The notes under the pieces were generated by a model. It was not told where the DNA came from and did not search any database. It saw only the letters and a list, made by a program, of their open reading frames with translations. A stretch of DNA of 64,000 bases, from positions 1 through 64,000 of the forward strand of contig NMRA01000646.1 of NCBI GenBank assembly GCA_002633005.1. The letters run 5' to 3'. The translations under genes were made by a program, and so were the position numbers. Source of the DNA: Phoronis australis (taxonomy: Eukaryota; Animalia; Phoronida). Shown here piece after piece: positions 27,701-38,800 of the stretch (position 1 is the first letter of the stretch; every line of letters begins with the position of its first letter).

Positions 27701-30700
27701 ACAGACGAGTGAACATAGCTTAAGAACAAACCCTTTCCAGAATACAAATTAAGGTAACATTTAACCTTGCTTACCAGGTTATACTTAGTATACGTGCAAA
27801 TATTTTAACTTCTGTTAGCTCTAACCACTACAAAGTATATATATTCTGACAAAATTTATTATTCTTATTTACTTGACTTTATTTTTTCACGAGTTACGTT
27901 TTTCTATTAATTTTTTTAACTTTGAACAGAGATTTTAAAAATATTGTTCCTCCAATCATATTTGAGTTCTGTCAACATGTTGATAACGGCATTTTCAACG
28001 GAACTGTGTCTCAGATTTTTGAAATAGGTCTTAGTTTTTTAATTATCGGCTTTCTAGAGCAAAAACAGCCATACTCTTGCTTTCTGAAGGCTTCGCATAT
28101 CTCATAAAAAAATAAAGACAATAAGAATATTTTTTTTCTTACATTTATTCACCTTTCAGAAAATATATACTCTTTAGGGGTTAGACCTAACAGAATTTAA
28201 AGTATTTGCACATAAATACAGCCTGGAACAAGTTTCACAGTTACCTTAAACCGTGTTCAGTACCTTTCTAAACAAGACCGGGTGTACGTACATGTTGTCA
28301 CCAATAGTCCAGGTGCTAGCCTCAGTGTCCACTTTGCCGCACAGCTGACCAGACATGGACAACTGGCGGTTCTTCACCTCCAGCTGTATCGACTCGGGTG
28401 TCAGTTTGAAGACAATATCTGACTTGACTGTGTCTGGCGGAAGGGGTACCTGAACATTCACTTCGTCGTCCGTCTGACTCCATGAGTACACCGGTGGCTC
28501 CGAAGGTGCTGAAAAAAAAACCCTCCGAGTCCAGTACCTCCTAAAATATTTTGATGAAATTTGATGTCTTAGTTTTGTAAATTGGTGACTGAGGGAACAG
28601 AAGACAACATTTTCAAAGCATAATTACGACACTATTTTGGTTGCAAAGTAGGTTTACTGATATCCTTCTATAGAAGAAAGTTTTTCCTTTTTATGATACC
28701 ATTTACGCTCTTCTAAGATAAACAATTGTTCTGTAGTTACTTTGTGAAATAGACCAAAAATCATGGTTAAGCAACTTGCCCCTTCCTGGTTATCTCTTCC
28801 TGCTAATGTGTACTACATCGCACATTTCCCTGTGTTAGTCATGCAATCTGTGTCACTACTTTATAATATAACACTGCCTGTTTCCACAAGGGAGTCGTGA
28901 GAGTTATGTCGTTAATATGCAGTTCACTACACATTTCCTTAAAGGAGTCATGAGATCTGTGTCACTAATACGGACTACTTCACACATTTCCTTGGGGCAA
29001 TCACGAGATTTATGTCACTACTTATTATTACATTACCTGCTTCCACTAGGGAGTCAGTAGGATCTGCTATTTCATCCAAAACTGCTTCAGAGTCGTACGA
29101 GAACTTGAACGGCTTTTCACTAGCCACTAGAAGTGCCTGTCCACTCTTCTCCACACTGATGTAGTCTGGTGTGGTCCGGCCATCCAGACGTCGCGAACGG
29201 TCAAGCGTCCAGCCTGAAGGGTCCTCTGAAAATCAAAATGTCAAGGTTACTATAGAAACAAAAACATTACAAGAGCAATGCTAAGTGTCAGGGCTTGGAA
29301 TGACTAATGACAAAAACGCGGAAACTTTTACGGCCCAAACCAGGCGCGCTACCCAGCCTTGAAATGGTCAATGTAAGCCTTTCCCAGACAAAAATCGGGG
29401 ACTAAAAAAACGTTACCACCATCACTAGCATGCGTCAGCGTCCTTTTAGCTCATCCTTCCACTCCCAACCCACACATTTTTGGCTGCAGAGCCGTAGTAT
29501 TTGTTGCCGCCGTTTACAATAACACGAGACGCCATTGAAAATCCCACCACGCTTACCCAGATGCCCCGGCAATGTTGACAATTTACGTTCCTCCGAAACA
29601 TAAAGAGCAACTTCCGCTTTTCGAGGTGAACGTCGTCTGCAACGCCGCGGTAAGAAAGGAATTTGCCGCGGAGATTTTATATACGAGGAAATAGAATAAA
29701 ATGCGCAGACAGAACATTTGAAAAAAGCGGAAATCCGCGTTTCCGCGGAAAATTCCAAGCCCTGAAGTGTTGACATATGGCCATCATGTGCATGACTAAA
29801 GGCGAAGAAATCAGGGGTGCCAATTTTTCAAGTATTTCCATGGTAGTCAGATCCATACAAATATTAGTTGTTCTCTCCTCATTAGAAACACACAGGTCAA
29901 ATTTTATGAGCCAGGGAAGAACTGGGTAGATATTTTAAACTTGAAAATTAGAGGCAATGACTATTTGTCACTAGGTGGTGCCACAATAGTCAGAAATGGC
30001 CACATATCAACACCAGCCATGAGATCTTCAATAGACATTACAAATCTTTATAGATATTGAGGCAGACAACAAAAACCCTAAGTGCCACAAAGGAGCATCG
30101 CATTAACAAGATCCGTCCAAAAGTCAACACCGGCCATGCTCATCTCCTTAAAGAAAACCAGTGCCTCATTTCAAGGTACTTGGTAGATACTGAGATAAAC
30201 ACACAAAAACAAAACAGTCACTAGGGGGCACCGCAGTGATCAGAATTGTCCAAAAATGAACAGCAGTACTCCCATCAATAGGATCACATTTCACAATGAT
30301 CCAACTAACAGCTGTTTGTTGAAAACTACAATGGTCAACCAGGGTCCCACGGTAGTCTAATCAGTACATCATGTGGTGTGCAAAATTTTACGTTCCATCA
30401 ACAGTTTTCAAGATAATCAACAAAAAATCAAAGGCAACAATGGACAACAGATTTCAGAATATATATGCCACCACAGAAATCATAGTGCATAAAAATGTCC
30501 ACTGGCACTTTAAAATTGACAATATAGGAGAGCAGCAAACTTGATAAAAATGCATGTTAACACGACATACTTGATGAGAACGAAAGCCACTCGATGACTG
30601 TCCGGACCGGCGATGACTTGTCTTCACATTCCATGATCTCATCAACATGCAACAGCAGGCAGTCTAACCTTTGACCCCCGTCCAACATCGTACAATTGAG

Positions 30701-33700
30701 CAGGGTGAAAAATTGGTTTTCGCCCAGAACACTGTCGCTATAGGTCACCTGTACAATGTGAAACACACACCTGAGTGATGACCAGCTTAGGTCAACAACA
30801 TTTTCCAAGTCGAAATCTTAAATGTCTTGAAAACAAAGTCGCCTAAGTCAACTGCCATTCCCCACCTACACCTATGTACAAAATAGGAACAAAATCTAGA
30901 GCTTCCTTCTTGCGATATCACGCCAACATTGTGCGACACACTGTGCGGGAGAAAAACGGAGCAAACCATGAACAGCAAGAATACTTGACATTTGAAAATT
31001 ATACTTTAGCAATACAGGTTTAGAGTCCAAAATACAATAAAAGCTCAATCTACTGTGCCTTGAAAAACACTTTATATACAAAAATATACCTCAAGCATGT
31101 GGATTTACTCCCCAAAAACTGGTACCATTGGTGATAATTTCTTCATTTGCTAGGCAACATAGCATCTACATTGCATTCATACACTAACTATCTAGCAACA
31201 GTTACCTTCCAGGCTGGTTTCCCTGATCTGTTGCCAGTGTCCAGGATGTAGAGTTTACCAGCACCATTGACGAGGACCAGGCAACTGGCCGAGACAAACT
31301 GGAAGCTGGCAGCCAGGCGACCAGATGCCTGTCTCAACTCGTTAGCTTCAGGTATGGTGAAGACTGTACTAGCAACATAGGCCGCGTTGTTCTGGAAAAG
31401 ACCGGATTTCCAACAGTAGGTGTCATTCTCTCACAAAATGCTAATCCTGTCATAGTAAAAACCAATCAAAGTGATGCATGTTACAGCAATCCTCTGTTCT
31501 TGTAACAGGCTACTGGTTTGTTTTGAGATTCGGCATACGTTTTAGACACTAGACATCGCATTTGAAATCCACACTCAGCCCTTCAGTTTTTCTATCGGCC
31601 GAGACCAGACCAGAGTTCTGTTTGTCAGCCAGTTAGGATAATATTTGGTATGTTTTCGAAAGCCTTTGTGCATAAGTTTCACACGAAGTAGCTTTTAGTG
31701 TAGTGTTGATTAAAGATTTGAATAGTGACTGTTTTATGAGCAAACGATACTTCCATTTAAAACTGTCAGTCTGTTCGCATAGTGGGCACTATATGGTGTT
31801 TGCTACATTAGTTCGACCCTCGCTCGATGGATGTCACGTGTCACTCTCTTGCAAGGTGGCAGACAATAAATGGACTTAAGTCTGACTTCAGTATTTATTT
31901 GATTTTATCGCACAGAGCCACACCGATGCTGTAGTCCCCACACCCAAGTGAGACAGTGTTAAATGTCAGTTGGAATACACACTTTCATCACAAAAACAAA
32001 GAAATTACCTTGACACAGGCCTTCACAAGCTCCCACTTAGTGTTGATGAAGTAGACTGAATCAGGATTCCAGGAATCAAGTACAAGATGATTGGTCAAAC
32101 CAAAGGCTTTCACGTGCTGGTATGAGTATTGGGCGTTGGTTAGCTTCACCTGGTCTATACCTGTAGAAACAGTCCAGCTTACAGTGCTGTCTCACCACAC
32201 TTCACAAGAATGATAGTACTGCGGTAATAAGTAACAACCAACATGGACTTAATGACGAGACAATGTGGCCTGGTTGATAAGTGCCCGCTTTCTTTACTCG
32301 AGGTCGTGGGTTCGAGTCTCACCAGGTCACACTGCTAAACCTCTGACCCAGGTTTCTAGCTCCTCAGCTCGGTTTTAAAGATATATTAATAAAGCATAAA
32401 AATATTTCCAGGTGATCAGTGCAATGAGACCACATGCGAGGCCTGCGCACGTCTGGTACAACGTGTATCAGAAGGCCTGCAATTATTTTTTTTAATGCTC
32501 CGCCCTCTACACGCAGCAACATGAACTTAATTGGAACATCTCGGGCCACACTTTTAGAAAAACTTGGGAAGATCGTCAATAAAATTGGCAATATTTTAAT
32601 TCTTAACGAATTTATCCTCATCTTAAAGTGAAAATGCAGTCTCAGTTTTTCGCTTCTTTGGCGTTTCATATGATCTCAACACTATAATGAACTTCCAACT
32701 CAAATGGCAAATGAAACCATTTTAGCTAATGCGAGAACAAGGGATAGTACAATGTCACTGGGTCAACCTGCCCACTCAAAGCTATCTGCTAAATTAAAGC
32801 CAAGGTAGAGCACAGTATGCCGTGGAAATGCAAAATAGTGTTGTTTTATTTACCTGTCCCCTTCAATAATAGGTCATTTTCCTGTGACCCATTTATGCAT
32901 ACTGTTTGTTGTACTTTCAACACAGGCCATAAATGAATGCAACTGTATTATGAAACATAATAGACTACTAGTGTAGAGGCCTCATGGGTAATCTGGATGC
33001 CTTATGGGTAATCTGGATGCCTTATGGGTAATCTGGATGCCTTATGGGTAATCTGGATGCCTTATAGGTAATCTGGATGTAACCACATGCATTGCTGCTT
33101 GATGCTGACACAACTTGTTGTCAAGAATAGATGTTCTAACAGTATGTCACGTTTTTCCCCGTGTGTGGGTGGGCGCAGGTTGTTACAGACCGGTGCTAAT
33201 AGCTTTCGGTGCGACGATAGACTGAAGACTGGTTCGAGTTAATCCTTTATTAAACCCGACCGTATGTTCACAAGCCTACTCAAACAAAACGTCGGACGTA
33301 ATGTCTGTTTATGCTCCAGCCAGTGCTGCGAAGCCTTGACTTGTGATGAACTTCTGAGACACGCTCAGCAACTGTTACACTCGTTGACTCAATAACCTGC
33401 TGTCTCTATAGCTGGCTCTCTATTGACTATCGCTGTAACTGCTGATTCTCTTCACTGCAGCTCAACTGTAGTTCTCCTGATAAACTTTCGTGAACTGGCT
33501 TGATCTCACTTGATCTCCCGACTTGATCTTACTGACTTGATCTTCTTGGACTCAACTCACTAACACAAACCCGTGCTTGTGTATTTATAGCCTAATGCAT
33601 TGTTCTAGAACTTTTCATCAATTCAAGCACATACCAGAACTTTCTGGAACCTACCCAATCATTCTACAAACATGTACTAGTCTCTAGAATATTCCAGACT

Positions 33701-34156
33701 GTATTAATTACTGTTGCGCTAGAGTCTTCTAGAAAGTTCCACACTATACTGCAGTAAACAAATTACATCATCACTGTTTTGACCTCAGTCTTCTACAAAG
33801 TTCCACACTATTTTGTAGTAAACAAATTACATCATCACTGTACTTAACTTAGGGGTCATGCCAATCAAACAGAATAACAAAACAAAACAATACAACTAAA
33901 AATACTGTCAGACCATATTCTGACACAGTAAATGAGGGCACATTGTGCTGTGTAGTCTAACATAATTATGTTCATACGAATACCAGGTTGCACTGCCTGT
34001 GCAACTTGATGGAATTGATGTCTGCACCATACCTGACTGAAAGGGCACTTTGTAGACAGGAAGAGAATCCAGCGACAGTTTGTAGGTACCAAAGTCTGGA
34101 TCGAGTAGTTCACGCTTTAGTTTCAGTTCCACGTGACGATCAGATGAGGTTGTCAT
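24738..34156 (-). CDS. NUDCD1: NudC domain-containing protein 1
   Basis: Nine phase-consistent GT-AG exons: 34156-34033, 32160-32009, 31391-31206, 30748-30571, 29225-29037, 28508-28292 (CS domain, YSWSQTDDEV), 26843-26708, 25863-25738 (YNAQELEECD), 25190-24738 (CLRHDFDG, HVATFNALGYVQASK). The N-terminus has ELLDPDFGTYKLSLD. Confidence 0.95.
27774..28227. mobile_element. MITE with ~75-bp imperfect TIRs (NUDCD1 intron)
   Basis: ccagg..gtgcaaatattttaacttctgttagctctaacc versus ggttagacctaacagaatttaaagtatttgcac..cctgg. Confidence 0.7.
28812..29060. repeat. Degenerate ~50-55-bp tandem repeat overlapping the NUDCD1 exon 5 donor
   Basis: Recurring cacatttcc..gagtcatgagat.t.tgtcacta units; a decayed copy of the exon end lies at ~28873-28896. 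Confidence 0.7.
29289..29764. mobile_element. hAT-like non-autonomous element
   Basis: TIR CAGGGCTTGGAAT ... ATTCCAAGCCCTG, flanked on both sides by aagtgt. Confidence 0.75.
32262..32360 (+). mobile_element. tRNA-derived SINE head
   Basis: A-box-like TGGCCTGGTTG and B-box GGTTCGAGTC; no complete cloverleaf. Confidence 0.55.
32979..33079. repeat. 20-bp minisatellite, 5 copies (gccttatgggtaatctggat)
   Basis: Directly visible tandem units. Confidence 0.95.
33145..33863 (-). mobile_element. Probable solo LTR in a NUDCD1 intron
   Basis: TG...CA ends with an imperfect short inverted terminus, a minus-strand TATAAATA (~33585) and AATAAA (~33247), and an internal ~60-bp duplication. No TSD was found. 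Confidence 0.45.
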
Positions 34157-34565
34157 GTTTGCTTCCTAGGAGAAAGTAGATCCTTTACTGTGTTCAGTTA
34201 CTCAGTTATGCGCAACAAATTCGGTCAGACCCAATCTTTAGATCACCAGGTAACGTGAACTTTAAACAAGGACCAGCATGAACTAAATTTCAATGTTTAA
34301 GTTTCCAACCACTTTAGCATATCCTTGAATATATACTTCAGATGCAAAGTTAACCCTCATCAAAAGCTAGTTTAGGCTTTCCATACACATCAATTTCTAA
34401 TTAACCTGATACAGACAGATTTGTCAAATTAAGCAAAATCTGGCAGAATATGTGTCAGACCATATGCATATTTAGAAACAGCGGCTCCCTGGACCTACTA
34501 GAACCTCCACTCAAACAGCCAGCCTCAAATGATGGTGAAAAAAGAAAATTAAAAACCTACTCGTG

Positions 34566-35360
34566 CTGTTCGAAGAAAAAGTTTGATAACACGAGTATTG
34601 TTCAAGTTGGTAGGAATTGAAGACATCTATGCGAAAAATGTACTTATAACAACGTGACTTTGATGTTTTATCACTGTGAAGCACAATTCGCCAAAAAGCT
34701 TCCAGCCTGTGGAGCTCCTATAGCATACGAGCTTCACCGCTTCTACTGGCCAGCTAGAGATGGTGGTCACTGTCTAGTCAGACAGTAGACAGTGACCACC
34801 CTCTCTGGCCCAGTAGAGATGGCGGAGCTCCATACGCCTGAAGCTTTTCGGCGAATTATGCCTCACACTGACTAAAACATCACGTTGTAATAAATACGTT
34901 TTGCACATAGAAGGACAACTTAGCAGGCCGTCAATGTATTTTAATCCTTCTAACTCAAAGAAATACTCCCATTATCAAACTTTTTCTTCGAGCAGTCCCT
35001 CTTTCACTTCCTGAATTCGGTAACTGGCCATTTTTACACTGCACTCGCCAGGGGATATGACATCATACCACCTGCCGTGCACAATGATAAAATGGTGAGT
35101 TACTGATTTTTGGAACTGAATGCGGGACTGCTAAAAGAAAAAGTTTAATAACGGGAGCATTTCTACGTGTTGGTATGGATTAAATACATTCAACGGCCTC
35201 CTAAGCCAGGTGTCCTCTTTGCACAAAAGATATTTATAACAACGGGATTTTGATGTTTTAGTCAGTGAGAGGCATAATTCGCTGAAGAGCTTCAGGCCTA
35301 TGAAGCTCCTATAGGAGCTCCGCCATCTCTACTGACTGGCCCAGCAAGAGACGGTGATCA
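34566..35360. repeat. Three-arm inverted repeat cluster (forward-reverse-forward, ~220-bp arms; MITE-derived)
   Basis: 34566-34778 folds onto 34786-34995 (centre gtggtcactgtcta..tagacagtgaccac). A third, forward copy lies at 35123-35360. Confidence 0.85.
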
Positions 35361-35445
35361 CACTCACAGTCACAGACTGACTCAAGTCAGACAGCGCACT
35401 GCGTCGTTGTGAAATCACCCTTCCAAGTCTTCGGTCACCACTCAC

Positions 35446-35672
35446 TTGCGTGCATTTACTAATCTAAGCATAAAATATTTAGGAAACAATTTCACAAATA
35501 AAAATATCACATTACCGAGAAAAAAACTTCGGTACGTGACAAAACAAAATCCTCGTGGAACTGCTACAGAATCACCGGAAGTGAATTCTATATAATTTAT
35601 ATGCTTTTACTTACTAGAGAGTTCCCTGGTCGTGTTGAACAGTCAGGCTGGGTTGACTGTGTCAGTGACCTG
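35446..35672. promoter_or_regulatory. Candidate bidirectional promoter and non-coding first exons for NUDCD1 and PDPR
   Basis: Divergent GTGAGT donors at 35445 (minus) and 35673 (plus), with matching acceptors just before each ATG (34166/7 and 35776/7). An ETS-type ACCGGAAGTG at 35574-35583 lies between them. Confidence 0.6.
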
Positions 35673-35805
35673 GTGAGTTGTGACTTGTTCTGATTTACTA
35701 CGTTGCACCTATTGTTGGCCAATGTGAAGATGTTCGTACTCGGTTCAATCTCATGTAACTCGCTTGTTTGATTTCAGATCAAGAAATGCAAAACATGGTC
35801 ATAAA

Positions 35806-38800
35806 ATGGCGCTGTGGATTCCAAGATCATTGAATCAAGAATGCCTGAAGCTGAAGACAGTCGTTCGATTAATTCGATCACCTGACCTGACCCGTACGAC
35901 AAGGTACTGCATAGCTGAAAATAGCTCTGTAATTCAAAGGAGAAACGTTTCAAAGTGTTCAAACAGTTTAGGTAGGCGTACTGTCAGTGTCATGTTGTCA
36001 AACTCTGCTGACATGAACTGGAGAGACCTAACCCTAAGCCATCAGACTAGGTTCTTAAGGTCTGCTTACGCGTCCAACCTCGTAGAACAATTGAACACCT
36101 ATGCCTGAGTGTCATTCTTTTGTTGAAATCTGAACATTTGCCTTTGTTTTATAATTTTTAGTGTTTGATAGTGGTCAGGTTTGCCAAATACGGGTTTCAT
36201 AAAATTGACTTCATTTTTATGAGCTTTTAATCGTTTTAACTCTCCGTTTGGCAGTCGTAAAAAATCAAATCGACTTTAGGAACACCGAGGCATGGTCTCT
36301 AAAAAGCCATGGAAAATGTTCAGATTACAACGCTGCAACTCGGGTACAGGAATTCACTTGGTCTACGAAGTTGGACAGTGTAAGCAGAGCAACTAAACTT
36401 ACTTGGTGTACGCACTGTACGGCAACCTCTATAATGCTCTTAATTTCACCGCTGAACCTATCATAAAGAGATGATGTTGGAATGAAATTGCAAATTCGTT
36501 TGCATCGTCCTATAAGCTTAGCAGCACATACATGTGTCACTGTTCTTTCACAAGACACAACATGTCATTATCAATTACAGTCAAGTGCAGTGTTTTCCCT
36601 CTGCACTATTACGGAGTTACTACTCTGATGCCATTGAAGAAGAGGTCAAGGAACTACCCAAAAGTGCCCGCGTAGTGATATGTGGCGGAGGGATCACTGG
36701 CTGTTCTGTGGCCTACCATCTGGCCGAGGCTGGCTGGACAGACACAGTGGTGTTAGAACAGGGAAGGTGAGGATGTCAGATTAATGTTTGATTATAGTAG
36801 AAATGTGGTGTGGTGTTTCAATAGTAGTCGGATGTACGTGCCCGCATTTTGAGAACCAGTTTACTCCGCTGAAACAAACTGGTTCACAAAACGTGGGCAA
36901 GTTATCTCTGACTATTGCTGATGTTTCGGGGAAGTTTGAAAACTTCGACTAGCTTTATCTTGCTGAGGTGATGACAACAGTATAGGTATTCATGTCAAAT
37001 AAGCATTGATGGGGAGGTCATCCTATGATCAGTATTTGTTTGATAGCCAAATTACTAACGCATTCAAACTTCAGCTTTGACAACATACTAGTACTTAAAT
37101 ATCAGTGTGTGCTAGCGTCATTCTGTCTGTCATTATTGACTGGTAGAGATTCTAAGATTAAGTTGAATTGAGTAAAAAAGTCAATAATAAGCCTGACTGT
37201 TTGCATTAGTTTTGGTATTTATTTGATGGAAACTATTCTGTTGCTATCTGATGACTTTTGACTCATAAAGGCAACGTAATGTTGAAAATCTGACTAGATG
37301 CATTGTGCACGATCTTGAATTTGTTGCATTCAAGTAGACGGAATGAATCCATGTGACCTGGGTTTAATCCACTGAGCATGGTTTTATATTGTCTACTTGA
37401 ATTCAGTAAACTCAAGATTGCATGCAATTGATCTTGCCAGATCTTCACCACTACTGTTTGAATGAAAGCCTGTAAACACAGTATATTAGTGCTAAAAGCC
37501 ATGTGCATTGGGCTCTTGTGACATTTGTGTGTGTGTTTTTTTTTGTTGTAATAATATCGTCTATGTTGTACATTGTGTGGTTTTGATTATATCTCTTCTA
37601 GAATTGCTAGTGGCTCCACCTGGCATTCAGCTGGCATTGTTAGCCAGCTCAAGACCAACTTAACTGAAAACACTCTGATCAGCCACAGTGTGGCGTTGTA
37701 CAACAAACTGCAGCGGGAAGGCAATGCCATAGGTAAACATTTTGTCTTCTGAGGTAGTCTTTTAATTAGAAAAACTGAAACTAATCAAAATGGTTCAGTT
37801 TTCACATTTCGATTTAGAAAAAAGGCATGCGTTTGTTATGATGACATTTCCATAATTTTTAGTGCCATTAGAGTTACCACAGACCTAACTGTGCTACAAA
37901 AATATACAACTTTGGAACGATTTGGATAAAAAACTAATGCAATAAAATGCAACACAAAGTTAATGTCCTTGGAAACTGCACTCTTCCTTGAACAAACTAA
38001 ATAGGTTATAGTATTAGAAAATAATGTTTTACCATTATTCTTGTGCTAAATTGAGATGACGAGCAGAATTACCCATTCGATGTATAATTTTGAGGTCTTT
38101 ATAAATTCTACACGCATCATTCCCTAGCTATATTTTGACACTAGTCTACATACAGCTAACTGAGCCTCTGTCAAAAAGTAACATTTCACTTTAGACTACT
38201 TTCCATTATTGGTCTCAACTTGTTCATTACGTGACTTAGGAGTGAAAGAACTGCCATTTTGTTAGACCGTGCATTAGGCGATTCTTGGTACAACAACTGG
38301 ATCTAACTGGATCTATCCGGTTGAGCATGTCAGTACATGCCGAGCCCTGAATTCGTTTCTATCCTGAGTAGAGTATTAAGTCGAGACCACTTTCATAGTG
38401 GTAATTAGTGTTTTAGTAAAAATAAATTCACAGAAAATGGCTTTGAATTACCAGGTTTAATTTACATTTTATTAAATTATTTTATTGTCTCTTTAAAGTC
38501 ATGACTATATCCCCAGTTTTTCAAGTGAATAAAGCTTGTTTTTAATGTCCAAATGTAAAGAATGTTTACCATGACTTTAGGCTGAATTGCCTTGTATATG
38601 TCACAGGATTGCATCTCTGGAACCAATTGAGACTTATGAACTTAGTTAGCCAAATGCATTTTTAATCCGCACATTTCATTGTCAAGCTTTCATTGTTTGT
38701 GTGACATGTATGGTATTTACTATTAAAATTGATGTACAAGAGTTGTGCATTATTAGAAAACTTTCACTAAACTTTCACCACCATTTTCTGAATTCATTGT

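Noticed and set aside
32262-32345. tRNA gene (also 23235-23305)
   Set aside because: A and B boxes are present but there is no proper acceptor or anticodon stem; these are SINE heads.
32979-33079. CRISPR-like regular repeats (also 53798-53920)
   Set aside because: The units are head to tail with no unique spacers, in eukaryotic introns with no cas genes; they are minisatellites.
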